A stretch of 64,000 bases of DNA from Amphiscolops sp. MND2022 (lineage: Eukaryota): NCBI GenBank assembly GCA_964187785.1, contig OZ076409.1, forward strand, positions 99,450,001-99,514,000. Direction: 5' to 3'. The notes beneath the pieces were generated by a model, which had not been told where the DNA came from, made no database searches, and saw nothing but the letters and a program-made list of their open reading frames with translations. The number at the start of each line of letters is the position of its first letter. Position 1 is the first letter of the stretch. Shown here piece after piece: positions 24,990 through 38,412 of this stretch. The position numbers and the translations under genes were made by a program.

Positions 24990-25338
24990 TAGTGTCAGAC
25001 CCTATAGCAAATGATTTTCTCTTGAGTCTAGGCGACTCGGTTGTGTTTGTAAACAACCTGTTAATCTGTTTTCTCACTTAGCGAGGTTGAACAATGATGG
25101 CGGCAAGCGGTCTGCCACAACAAAACATCTCAAAATTTCTCATCAATTAAAATACAGCCACTTTACAGTGAAAATTTAGATAGGTACTATTTTCAAAATT
25201 GTCTTCTTTATTTTGATGTAATTTGAGCCAATTTTGAGAAAATTTGGGACGTTTTTAGTCCGTTTTGCCAACTTTTGACGGTTTTATCCACAGTTTCGTT
25301 GGCATGGTTTATGCTCAATTAATTAACACAAACCGGTA

Positions 25339-25609
25339 CTCCTGACTTAGTGTGGTCCCAAGCGATTTCTCCTTACTAAGTGTGGTCCCTATTTTATAAG
25401 TGTGGTCCCTGCATAGTTTGTCGGAAATTTTATATTACGTCGTCAGCTATGTTCACATACCCCTAGTGCCCTAAATGCAGGAGCGAAGCGAAGCGGAGCG
25501 ACGTGCCATGTGGCCATGCCTCAATGTTGCTACTTGGCGAAGGGAGCGAAGCGACCAAGCCATACAACAAATATGCTATACTCTTCTAGGGACCACACTT
25601 AGTCAGGAG
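25339..25609. mobile_element. TA-flanked MITE
   Basis: TIR CTCCTGACT(T/A)AGTGTGGTCCC with TA on both sides; interrupts a repeat whose uninterrupted relative lies at about 46480-46700. Confidence 0.75.
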
Positions 25610-27870
25610 TACCCACAAACCTACTTAATCCATGGATATTATTCATCCAAACCATCTTACAGCCAAATTTTTAATTAGGTACAATTTTCAAAAAGGTTTT
25701 CATTATTTTGAAGTAATCCAGAAGGAAAAGCTTGTCATGACGTTTCGCTTCGGAAATTGCCGGAAAGATACTGTCTATCACAGTTTAGTTGTGACCACTT
25801 CCTTATTGTTTTGCACAGTTTGAAGTTCTATTTAAAACATAGTTGGTTTAACTTCAAAATGCGAAACCCAAAGTACTTCTTGAACTTAAATAACCATGGA
25901 GCTCATTATGCGGCTCAGTTTTTTTGAAAAAAAGGTTACTCAGAATATTTCTTCTGAGAATGCTCAACTATTAGTTTCTCATGTGTTGGAAATCAGCTAA
26001 CAAGTGAATTTTTTTGCAAATTTTTTGCTCATTTAAAATTTGAGATTTTTCTGAAAAAATTGATTTTCGAAAAAATATGTGCAATTATGAAGAAAATTCC
26101 ACAAGTATATCTTGATATTTTACTGAGTATGTTTCAATTAAAAATTAAAAGCTTGAAAACGATAGTTTTTTTAATAATAAGTTCGAAATAAAATTTGTAA
26201 ATAACTTGTTTGACTGTTAATAACCATCTTTCTTGTTAGTTTATATTGGTTTTGGATTCTGTTTCAAAAAATTTCCTCAAAAGCCACGTCTCAAGAAAAC
26301 AGTCGCTATTTTATTTTAGTAATGAGGTCATAGCTAAACTTATTACAGATTTTTTATTGAAAAAATTGAACCAAATTAAACCAAAAATAACTGAGTCACA
26401 GAACCCTTAAATGTTTTTGGTTTTTGAATGAGAATGATGAACAATCCAAAAACGAATTTTTTCCCTATTTTCCATGTTTTTTGTGTTTTATGGGATTGTA
26501 AAGTTGGGGGGATGGGTTGGAACATGAAAGTTTGTTGTCGGTGACTTTGCACGTTGACTGGACTGTGCTTTGAAGGGAGCAGGGAACACCTAGACTAATT
26601 GGATTTGAAAACGCTTCAGTCTCCGAACAGTGTGTTCACGAAGCGAGGAGCTCTGAATAAGTGAACTTGTGTGAGGTAGGTATTCACCTTGCACGAGATT
26701 GAAGCCGATCCTGAGTTGTGACATTCAATCGTGTTCAAACGAGACTTTCGTCTGGAGAAACCAAGTACATATTCCTAGGAAGCAGCAGCTCCTTTCCTTT
26801 TCTAACTTTCTTCTCCTGTCTGTAATAACTTTGTGGATCAACTAGTCGCAATAGTTGTCGCAATAATTGTCGCAATAGATTCAACCCAGGCTTTATATCT
26901 TTCTACCTACCTGTCTGTGTAGTTTGGCGCAGTTGTCTGTCCCTAGTATGGTCTTAGGTGCACCTCCATTGAACGGCCCAGGTGTATTGTTGATCTAAGA
27001 GCATGTAAGTTGTACTTGGTCTGAAATCAGCTACACTAACAATCCCGGGTTGAAATAAAACAAAAATAACAACAAAAGCGCACCTTTCCATGTTTCATGT
27101 CTACCTTGTTTCCCAAACTAACTGTAACTATCCTGTATACCCCCCCCCTAACACTCAATTCCAGCTATCTTTCCTTTCCGTGTTCCCTCTTTACAGACTG
27201 GGAATGGGGGGTATCGGGGCTTAAAGCATGGGTGCTTATACAGCACCGGTAGGTAACAGGTAGCTAGGTACCAGGTAGGTTATGTATGTACTGTTAGGCT
27301 GTTTGCACCACTGTCGTTTCCTTGATTTTGTGTCTCCTCTTTTCCCAAGAAACAATCTTGTTGTAGGATATCCTGCGACAACTCGTTAGTGAACTTCGTT
27401 TGTAATAAATCAAAATAATTCAAACCAGCCATATATAGTTAGCTCGACCTTCAAAAACCACATTCACCTAATAAACAAACCCCACGCTTCCTAATAATAC
27501 CAATTAGAGTCTGAGATTTCTCACCAGCCGCTAATTCCTTTTCGATACTTTTCCAAGGAGCCCGTCTCTTGTTTCAGCGCCAATCCTCTCTCTGACTTAA
27601 CATTCCTTCAACTCCAATTTCACAAGCGCTTATCCCAGTCATTATATCATTTTCTAGCAACTTTAATTCTTTTCAAGAGAGACTACGCCAAAGATTAAAA
27701 TTCCTTAAATCTGAAACCAAAATTTAAATCTGCATATCCAAGATTAACTTGAAAAGCAAGACTATTAATTACTAATTGGGAAAAATAGAAGGAACAAGTT
27801 CTTAGAAAGTTCCTGAATAAATGAATTTGAATCCCAAAATTAGAATATAACCCACGAACTATATCTCCAT

Positions 27871-28213
27871 AAACAAGCCGGGACCGGCCCAAGTCGGCGC
27901 CATATCCAAGGCTCAAAAATAGCAAAAGGACATCAAAGTTTCAAAGTATTCTCTTCTACAGCATTAAACTTTTTTGAAAAAAGTCTCACAACGTCGAAAA
28001 AAATTGAAAGGGGGGACCCTTTGGTCTCGTCCGGCATTGTATGTTATGCGGGAAACTTTTTGGTTCTGTTCCCTGGGCCAACAGGTGAAATTTGAAATTT
28101 TGTAGAACTTTTGGTAGAACTATTTTGGTCAGTTCAGGTGGTCTTTAAAAAAACACTGACGAAAAGCCATGACTATAGTCGACTCTTTTCTCTAGAAAAG
28201 CGCCGACTAAAAA
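27871..28213 (-). mobile_element. Helentron/DINE-1-like element
   Basis: AAACAAGCCGGGACCGGCCCAAGTCGGCGC...AAAAGCGCCGACTAAAAA on the plus strand. Confidence 0.75.
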
Positions 28214-29658
28214 CGGCGTTTGAAATACAATCTATGAAAAAAATTCATTTGAAATGAGCGGATATTTCAATTTTATTTCTTTGTTTCGAAAGACAATCAG
28301 CACAATTTCTTCAACCAAAACACAACCAACTAACCAAGAATAGTAGCTAATTACGATTCGCTGAAATTCAGAAGATTTGAAAAGTTTTAAAATACAGTTG
28401 AACCTGTCTAATTCGTATCATCAGGGACCGAGTGAAAATATAATAAAATAAAAGGAATTAAAAAATACGAATCAACCGGATGAGAAAGCTTTGGTCGTCG
28501 CGAAACGAGGATCTCAGATGAATGCGAACTAAACGAAGATTCGAATTATCCGGATCCGAAGTAGCCGAAGTTGACTATACGAGTACAGGCTACTTGAAAA
28601 ATGTTTATTACGTGGTGGCGAATACACTGCTTCAACTGATTTTTCGGACCAGTTTCTTATTAAACCCCCCCCCCCGCAATTGCCGGCTTGTATGCCCTCT
28701 CCAAGAGCAAGTATGATCGAAGAAAATATTGCTCATTTTTTTATCCTCGACTGTGATTCTGTCCTTAAATGAGGACAGCGAATTTTTTCTCATTTATAAT
28801 TTAAGAAACAAAAAGTTGTCTTTCTTATGCACAATTTATTGGAATAACTGTGAGATGTTATTTGTGTCAATATTGTTTACCATATGCAAATCATGTAACG
28901 CGGGAACCAATATTCCTAAAACTATATAACTTCGCAAGTGGCAACTTTGGATGACAACGAATAATTTCAAGGTGACAGGATGACCTCTGGAACATCTCAG
29001 GTTTCGACCACTGATTATACGGAGAAACTTACATTGAAACATGTAAATCAGCGTCATTTGTGTGGTAATTTGTGCATTTCGGTTAGGCGAAAGTTTTCGA
29101 GAAGAACTGCACTCAGAATGCTGTCAGAGTACCTCCCATGTGCAGAGAACATGCAAACCATGTAATTGAAGGTCATTGAACAATTGTCGGGATATTAGAA
29201 GTCTCTTGGGAGACTTGAACTATCATGGAAAGTGAACTTCGCACATGTTACAGAACTAATTGTCATGGGCGGCAAAAAATGTTCAGTTGAAGAATAACTA
29301 TTGGCGTTCCCATACCATGAAAGGAATAGGTAAACATGAAGGTGAAAACATGCAAATAAGATGCCGGCGCCCAGTGATGAAAAAGCCAAATATTTTGATA
29401 AGCGAAGATGCAACCACCTGATATATGTGCGATAATTAAGTAGTCCACAGGAACAACTAAAAACGAAAGGAAGAGACACAACTGAGTTAGAGAGCTAGAA
29501 GCACGTTGAGTCCCGCGGAATCAAGATTCATTTTTAGAACATTGCCTTGCGGAAAGCTTAGAATAGATTTGCTGACAAGTCCGGGACTTGTGATCGGTTG
29601 AAGTTGGAGCTTCAACAATGTAACTGGCTGGATCGCGGATTGTATTTCGATCGTATCC

Positions 29659-30432
29659 TTTTAGTCGGCGCTTTTCATGACTCTTCTAAGACCAACGAAG
29701 TGACAGATTTTATAAGCTTCAAAAGCTGCGTCCACTAACTGCCACACTTGTAACTTCTACTGCCACTCAGCATAGAGGTTAATTAGGATAGTTTTTGATG
29801 TCTGCCAAGCTGAAGGACGTGGGTTCGAGTCTCGCCCTTAACCATTTTTTGTGCATGTAATTTCGGCTTTGTGAGACTTTTCTTTCGCAAATTTTTTAAA
29901 TGTCTCTAAAGGGTCTTCCCTTCAATTTTGTTGATATTTTGCAACAAAATGGACGTTCAAAAAATCCTAAAGGGTCCCTCTTTTACATTTTTCGGCACCA
30001 TGCGACTTTCCGGAGACTTCGAAAAAATTTCGGAAAAAAAATTTCGTTGAAATTTTTTCGCAATTTTATTTGTTATTTCAACATAAGGCAACTTCTAGCC
30101 AAAAAAAATTTCCGCAAAGGTTCCGCCTTCATTTTTTCTGGAGTTTGCGGCAGAATGGATGTTGAAAAATATCAAAAGGTCTCCCTTTCAGTTTTTGTTT
30201 CGGAATTGTGAGACTCTTCAATTTTTTTTCATTAAGGGTATCCCCCTTCAATTTGTTTTGATGATTTCCGACCGAAGGGATGCAAAATGTCAAAGCATTC
30301 CCCTGGCGCGCCATTTCGGCCCAACTTTTGGGTTTTTTGATGTGCTTTAGAAGAGAATACTTTAACACTTTGAAGTCCTTTTGCTATTTTTGAGCCTTAG
30401 ATATGACGTCGACTTGGGCCGTTCCCGGCTTG
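29659..30432 (+). mobile_element. Helentron/DINE-1-like element carrying a tRNA-like B-box segment
   Basis: TTTTAGTCGGCGC...GTCGACTTGGGCCGTTCCCGGCTTG; GGTTCGAGTC at 29822-29831. Confidence 0.72.
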
Positions 30433-30571
30433 GTGTCTATTTTGTCTGTAACACGTTTGTGTCTTCGCTAGTATCCCTAATAACAGATGTCCCGAAGACA
30501 GCGAGGCCAGAATATTTTGTATCTCAGGGGTAACTCTGAGGCTAATTGCAGAGTTTATTACCCTGTTTATC

Positions 30572-30774
30572 TGTTGTATCTTGTGAATATAAGATAAGAA
30601 CAATGGTAATGCTGAAGAATCTATTCCAGTTGGTATGCGTATTTTAAAGGTTAATGAATAGATCAGCACAGTTTCTAGCAGTAGCATCTTTGACAGGTAC
30701 TAAAATGTCATAGCTACTATTTATAGTATACATGTACATTGCATGAAGTGACGTCATGCCACATTCCCCCCTGT
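30572..30774 (-). mobile_element. Orphan 3' LTR plus PPT of a third related Gypsy family
   Basis: Minus strand reads GGGGGGAA|TGTGGCATGA...ACAACA, about 192 bp: same termini and size as the element 2 LTRs but different internal sequence. No partner LTR in the window. Confidence 0.65.
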
Positions 30775-32658
30775 ATAGGAGATAATTACATAGGGGGGGG
30801 GGGATTCCTAAGTTTCGATTGCTAAGGCGTTATAATATCTGTCATCTGTCAGAGATTGACGCGTTGTTTTGAATTAGTGAGTGAATAATCTTTGAAATTT
30901 CAGAAATTTTATTTTCATGCAATTTCGGCAGAAAACGTGATTGTGATTTGTTGGAGCACTCAACATAACTGGGAAACAATTGGCATCTCGGGACCATTGT
31001 TAAATTTAGCTCGCCGTTTTTAGAAGTGGCCAAGTTGTCACTCTAGAGCCAAAACCTTTTTTGAAGTAAAAAGCGACCGTTGAAAGGTCAATGTGAATAG
31101 AGTGCACGAAAAAATGGGAAAATTCAGAGACCAAATTAAAAAACAAAAAAGAGAAAAATTCGTGGATGTCAATAAATTATGTAATTTACAAAAAATGCTA
31201 AATTCATAACACCCAAAACGGACGAAAAATGAGAATAATTAATTGCTCTTCAAGTACTCGAGTTGGAAAGAAAAGGCTGCAGAATGGATGCTTTTTCGAC
31301 GCGCATGTATGCAATTGACAAAAAGTGTTGTGTCAAGAAGAGCTTGAAAAGACAGCTGCTGAAACGTTTTTAATTTGACTCCCCTAAGGTCAACCGAGAG
31401 GCTTCAAACGACCATACTCTCCAATCGACTGACACGAGATAACGAAGTCTGCTTCTGAAAACGCTGCCACTGCTTGGCTATGATAAAACAAGGGGGTGTA
31501 TTCTAAATATACCTCACAGTTCAAGTCAATCAGAAGTAAAATACTTTTCACAAAACATCAAATCAACCAGATTTTGACTGAAACATGAGAACCAAAATCA
31601 AGTATTTTTAGAATATAGAATTAAAATCCCTACGCCTGGAAATATTTTTGTAGTTAACGGTGGTCGGTGACTTGAAACTCTAGACAAATTTTTCTGGAGA
31701 GAATAAGCACCAGGATATTAAATAAAAAGTGGAGTAAAAATGGAGATTTGGCAAATAAATTTGCGGGGGCGGAAAATAAAAACTACAAGAAACTTTCTTC
31801 TGGAAAAAAGTCTTGCTATGAAACAAAAAATTCCAAGCCAAGAAACTTTTGTTTCTGATTCACGCATGCGAAATGAGAGAATCTCATAAACCGTATCTCT
31901 TCTGGTCTGCAAGGGGGCTATCGTTCATGAAATGCAAATGAGGTATCTTCGCATAAACTCGTGAATCTTCAGTTGAAAACACCAAAAAACATGCGTTGAA
32001 TTTTGATAACTAATGACAAAACGAGCTTACTGGATCCCAAATAGTTCGCAAGAATTCGACTAAGGTGAGGTTCCTGTTTTTTGTCCTTTATTTGCGCCTT
32101 ATAAAATAGAATTAATCACGCCTAGATCAGGTCATGTTGGCCCGTAAAGACAACAAAAGCGTGAATAATTTCACTATAATGTTTGTTACATGCAATTTAT
32201 CAGAAATGGACACAATTTGGGACCAAGAAAAAATCGGTTTAAAAAAACAGAAACTATTTTCAAATTGAGTTTTTACAATAGGCCAGCAGGGCAAAAACAT
32301 GTTGTAAAGGGTCCCTAGGAGAACAGAAAATTTGTAGTGGCGATGTAAGTTGTGTAAGTTGGCTGTAAATTAAATTGGATGGGACAAAGCAATCGTATTT
32401 TATTAGCTTCCATTTCAATTGCATCTTTTCCCACGAGAGGAGTTTACCCACATTACAACCAACAACTAACACTCTCCCACAATTGACTGGTGCCACTGCA
32501 GGGCAGTCGGGTGAAGAATACCCGACCCAACAGCCGCCTGTGACTTGGGGAGAGGGGGCAAAATGCGTGCGGGGAAGGGGGATTCTTGGGCTACAAGGGG
32601 CTCAGGGCATGTATGACGGCAACTGACGACTGACTGCAGCTTACACGGACATACATGA

Positions 32659-32756
32659 CGCAGTCAGAATCAGCGATGTTGCATACATGATGCAGTCAGA
32701 ATCAGCGATGTTGCATATATGTATGCAGTCAGAATCAGCGATGTTGCATATATGTG
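32659..32756. repeat. Three tandem 32-33-bp units (GCAGTCAGAATCAGCGATGTTGCATA..)
   Basis: Directly visible tandem repeat. Confidence 0.85.
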
Positions 32757-34284
32757 GCACTGGCTAGTGACTGGCTTGGCCAGAGAAGAAAAGTGTTAAA
32801 GTTGAAAAATTGGATAGGACGTGGTGGTTTTTAGTAAAAATCAACTATTTTGCTGCAGGCATGATTGGGGAAAAGAGAAGTAAATTGAATGGATAGAGAT
32901 AAAGAATAAACAATTCCTTTGGGCCTAAAATCAAGCTGCTAAACAAAGCATGAACGCAGTGCCCGGCATATTAATCAGAAATCAATACTGCTACATAGCA
33001 GAAAAACAGTAGTCAGCTTGTCGCGGAGCCGGCCGGGGTAGAGCCAAAAATTTAGCCTAAAGAGTTGCACCGGGCCGGCTTGGCATCCAGAGCCCGGTGC
33101 CGCCGACGCGCCGGACTCGACTGGACGAGTCAGAGCAGGAAATATATTACAGGGTTATTAAGTAACTGCAACGACAATAACTTACAAAATAATGTAAAAA
33201 ACATCGAAAAGCATTGATGCAGATTTCATTTGTTTGAAGGATGCATACATTCCTCAGCTCACTGCAGAGATGTTGATATGTTGTATCGAAGCAAGCTACC
33301 AAACGCTGTCACACATAATAATGTAAATTTTGCTTTATTGTTTTTAGTATTTCTACTATTACTACTACTACCGTTGCTACTTTTTCCACTGTTGGTTTTT
33401 CTGGCTTCTTTTCTCTGGCTTGTATGCAGCCAGCCCTAAGCACCAAACTACTGTTGCTCTATATAACAATCTCAACCCCCCCCAAAAAAAAACGCCCCAA
33501 TGCACCTTCGGAGTACCGAACAACCTATAAACTTAGATCCTTGTGTACATATACGCCTATGTACATATCTTGCCCATATATATTGCAAAATATTTCAACC
33601 TAACAACCATCCAACTTACCCCCCCCCCGGGTTTCCCCTGGGATATAAATAGCAGGTATTGTCACTCTTCCGGCATACCTTTTGGTTCTCTTTCCCTTTT
33701 TCCTTTCCTGTCTCAGGTTGAGAAGTTATTTCATCTTCATCAGCGAAAGTATTAAAGTCAATTAATATGCAAAGCACATCATCGTTTATTCTCTATTCGC
33801 ATCCGCCTTCAAATTGGATTGATGGAGATTAGAGCCCAAAAGCGCTCTTCTAATGAAAAGCAGAAATTCTATCCACAGCAATGAAACAATAGTCAAGACC
33901 TCTTGCATGAATACTGAACTCTGATAGCGTTCGCTTTTACTATACTACTGGTAGTGCAATGGACTTCTCATCAAAGTTGAATTGCTGTTACTGAGAGGTC
34001 GGAAAATGAATTGCATTAATTGTCAATTAGTGCCAATATTGAGAATTTGAAAAAACCATACTCAATATCTTCAAAAAATGTCATGCGTAACTAAGTTCAA
34101 TTTGTTTAAAAAATAACACATCAATCTTTCACGAAAAAGTGGAATTGTAAATGTTCATTTATATAATCTACCATTCTTTTATTTTTAGCGCTGCAAGCGA
34201 GGAAGAAGACCCATTGCTTTGCCTTCTAAATTTCATAAGCTATTGATATTTTAATTTCTCTCTGTCCAAGATTTCGAGTTTTAA

Positions 34285-34800
34285 CCCTGAATGGACCATT
34301 AGTACGAATTCGTACCGGTTAGTTTCTGCAAACTTCTAAACGAACCAGTTGACCACATGGTAAAGAAAACTCTTGAATGAGATTTTCAGATAATATTACA
34401 CATTGCACGCCTTATCGCAGAATATCGACTTGAGGTCTCCAAAATCAAGAAAACGGGACCAAAAAAAATCAAAAAAATTGAGCGCAAAATCTCCCTTTTT
34501 CCTGCTCTTGTGTGGCCACTTTATACCACTGGGGACAAGATTGGGTCAAAAGACCCTAGCATGTTTTGAAACATGCTGAAATGCAGTCAGAGACACGACG
34601 CGTGCAAAGTTTTGGGAGCAAAGTTCGGAGCCCTTAGCCCAGCAGTTCGAAAATTGCTTTGAAAGCCCTGGTTCTCTTCTTTTGAACGCGCTATAAATCG
34701 TTTGTCGGACTTGAATAGTTTAGGAGATACTGCGTTTAAAGTTTAAAGTTTAAGCACCAAATGTTTGGATGAATCCGGAAATTTTCTGGTCCATTTAGGC
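34285..34800 (+). mobile_element. piggyBac-type MITE
   Basis: TTAA on both sides; imperfect TIR CCCTGAATGGACCA/GCCTAAATGGACCA; shares internal sequence with 53073-53290. Confidence 0.75.
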
Positions 34801-35408
34801 TTAAATTGTTGAATGTTCCGTTTTTTTTTTCAGAACAGACCTTTTCAACAAAACTCCAAGACCCGTCATAATGAGTTGATTGAATGCAATTATCTTTTCG
34901 ACTCAGTTTAGGTGTCAAAATTAATCTTTTTTTAAAGATTTCATTTTAATAATTAAATGATTGAATTGAATTTCAAACAACGATATTTCTGACGACGAAA
35001 CTTTCGGGTTTGCTAATTCGATGGTTATTCCGACGACAAAATTTCTGGCGAGAAAATTTCCGACTGCCAGAGAAGAGTCTTTTTAATCCCAAAGCCTCCG
35101 TTCCCGTGAAATTTGCTGATGTGAGTTGGAGATTGTTTTCAAAAACCGTTCCTTCACCCTCTGAAGTAACTTTGTGCTGTTTAAGCCTTAAGCGGGGCGA
35201 CGACCTGTGCCGTTCCCAGTTTGCTTTCTTTTTCTGAACTTTATTCTCATATAAATAAATTAAACTGCTAAACTCTAAAAGACAAAACGGTCCATTCTTT
35301 GGCTTCTTCATTTGACACTTCATTTGATGCAGTTCAGTTTCTGGAAAAAACTATCCAATGGCTTCTCTTTCTTTCTATGTTTTGGAATCACCTGATTGTT
35401 CAAGAGAC

Positions 35409-35893
35409 TAGGGCTGTGCAATTAACCGACCGAGCTCGATTAACCGACCGAACTCGATTAACCGACCGAACTCGATTAACCGACCGAAGTTGTCAATAAC
35501 CGAAACCGACCGACTTATTATGTAACCGACTTCGGTTAATTTGTTCAACCAATTAGATTGAAGCTGGAAAAAACTGGTCTACTGGAAAGAAAAAAGACAA
35601 GTATTTCCTTTTTAAGTGTAAATGCCCAGGCTTTACTTGGAATACCAGCTACAGCAGTTCTTAGTGAACGACATTGGTCCGATTCAGGCAACATCACAAC
35701 GCAAAGAAACTTTCCGCGAACTTGTTTTTTTGAGAAGTTGCATTAAGTAAATTGTTCAAAACTGAAGTTGAAAATTACTGTTTTGTTCACATTTGTTTAT
35801 AAATAACTGACCGATAACCGATAACCGACCGAGTTTTTAAATAACCGACCGATAACCGACCGAACTCGAAAAAATGATAATTGCACAGCCCTA
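35409..35893 (+). mobile_element. Non-autonomous hAT element with a dimerization-domain remnant
   Basis: 16-bp TIR TAGGGCTGTGCAATTA; TSD CAAGAGAC/CAAGAGGC (7 of 8); AACCGACCGA subterminal repeats; internal LLGIPATAVLSERHWSDSGNITTQR. Confidence 0.88.
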
Positions 35894-37929
35894 CAAGAGG
35901 CCATGTTTTTCTTTGTTTTTGAACTTGTATGGTAGAATATTTTGGAATTTTGGATAGGCTGGTTGGAACATCGTTCAGACTGACAAATTGACCTATAACT
36001 TTTTCAAATTTTGTCACATCAGCAGTTTTTTTCATTTAGGTTATCATCCATGGAACGTTTCATTGATTTAGGCGTTTATCAACGCATAGTGAAAATTCGT
36101 GATTTGCGTTACAAAATGCTAGCAAATATTAAACATAGTAGCTTTTCAAACCTGATTTTTTTCTCGCAGTTAATTGATCGATTCAAACTTATTGGAAAAT
36201 GGACTCAGGCGGAAAAACATGACAAAAAACGGCAGTTTTTCACAGACTTACTCCAAAACACACGTTTTTTTTCTATACTGAAACTTCTCGTAATTTCACG
36301 TTCTTTCAAGAGTTTCCGATCAAAATCTCTGCTACTTTCATTTTTCAGCATTTATGCAGCAATAATATAGTTTTAACTAATTACAATGAAAAAATAACTG
36401 CAATTAAGCAGTACTATTGCAAATAATAATCTTTGTGCATTCATTTTCGCAATTAATTTTCGACCATTATTCCAAGATCTTTCGATTACCGAGGTATTTG
36501 TCAGGGTTAAAACGATTTCTTGTTGATCTACAAGAAGTATAGCTTCAAATACCAGAGTTTGCATTTCCTTAATAAATGAAACGAACACATATGCTTGGAT
36601 TTACTTAGCAAACTTCGAAATTTGAGCGCATTGTGAAAACACGCTTAGAGGTGGCATTTGATGAAACCTCTAACTAACACTAGAAACAAGAACGTAGACT
36701 GATTTTGAGGTTCAAGGGAGCGACGGTGGTTTTAGAACATGCCATATAATAACAATTTCAGTTCCCGAAAAGAAATAATTAGCGACAATGGAATTGTTTT
36801 CAAAATATCCCTACTAAATTCACTTGCCTCAGCGTGCGGACACCCTAAAATAAAGAGAGCAAAACTTAAAGCAAAACACGGGATTTCCTCTTTTTCTTGA
36901 TTGCACTCTAATGACGCATGTGGGGTTAATTATTCATGGTTTAAGAGTAACACTACATGTAAGCGAATCTACCTCAAAGTGTTGCCCAAACAGAAAAGAG
37001 CCATATATTTTTTCACTGATTGCCAATTTAATTTTTCACTTTTCGGTATTATAATTGCTGTATAATTGCTTGAAAGTTTACAGTGAAATATTTCTGTTCA
37101 TAATACAGTACCATCACAAAATTAGCACTATATTTTGCTTAGAAGATTTACTTTTGACAACAATTTCGGCTATATGCTTTTCGGAACCTTTCTTTTCGAC
37201 GAGTTTTCCTAGATTCGCCAAAATGGAATATTTTCTATCAAACTAAGAATGCCATTGAAATTGTGCCCATAAATTAGGCCTAAATGTACCTCTGCTGATA
37301 TTTACATGTTTGAACAATATAGTCAGTAAACTCGAGTGACAAAATTCTCAGGTTCAAAAAGTATTTTGACAACAAAACACGCATGAACCAATGATAAAAG
37401 TGTGATCAAAAAACAGGGCGATCGTCAACAGGTTTATAATGAGTCCAAACACTCATAAAAAACGTGTCTATCAAAGCCCATCAAAGAGGATAACAGGAAA
37501 GGACCTAAGAAGAAAGAAACAGCAATGTTGAGAATAGTTCTTGAGTTAGACACTTTATTTATAACCAGGAATATTAACTTGATTGCAAAGAACTGTTCTT
37601 GACAGAGTGTATAAAGTAGTGATGTTATTAAAAGCAACATAGCACGCCGAAAGAGCAAATAAACAAATTTCATTTTTTAGTTTTTTGGATTTTTTACACT
37701 TGTTTGATTGTGAAATATTTTCCACAGAAAAATTCTCCCGAGCATTCCGAATCTGGCTAATTTTTTTTCTCGGAAATATTGTAAATTGTAATAATATAAG
37801 TCTGTTTTGTTAAACCTCAAAAGCTTATCCTATTGTATTTTCGAAAAGACCAATTTTACAGCTCATTTTTTCATATCATTTTGGAATGATTTCTGAATTA
37901 AGACATATCAGTTTGTGCAATTTTGGAAC

Positions 37930-38412
37930 TAAACAAGACGGGAACGTCCCAAGAAGGCTCAAAAATATTCAAGGAACAACTATTGGAAACATTTGGAAAA
38001 TTTTTTTTTCAAAAAAAGTATTTGGTTAAAAAAGTGCCGAAAAACCCAAAAAGAAGTCATTTAGGCTCATTAAAGGTTTTTTACAAACCTAAAACTTCAA
38101 AAAAATGCAAGGGGGTACCCTTTGATAAAATTCAAAAATTTTCGAAAAAAAAGTCGCGTAGTGCCGAAAAAAAACCCAAAGGTCTCACTTTTGGTCTCAC
38201 TTGTACTTTTGGAAGCATAAAAAAATTTATGGTTTAGTGCGAGAATCGAACCCACGCTCTCCGGGTTCAGAAAATTGGTCGAAGTTGAACAAATGAACAA
38301 ATTGTAAAAAGTGGACCACTCAGAGTGAGATTGTCAACTGAAAAAAAAACTACTCACTGTAATAGTCGGGCTTTTTTCCTTAAGGGAATAAGGGAAAAGG
38401 CGCCGACTAAAA
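37930..38412 (-). mobile_element. Helentron/DINE-1-like element
   Basis: AAACAAGACGGGAACGTCCCAAG...AAAAGGCGCCGACTAAAA; B-box-like GGTTCGATTC on the minus strand near 38250. Confidence 0.7.

Noticed and set aside
29765..29845. Possible tRNA gene
   Set aside because: Only a T-arm/B-box-like half is present; I could not build an acceptor stem or D arm, and it lies inside a repeat.
32447..32537. Possible extra minus-strand syndecan exon (GCWVGYSSPDCPAVAPVNCGRVLVVGCNV)
   Set aside because: Poor polypyrimidine tract, and the gene model is already in frame without it; cannot be supported without transcripts.
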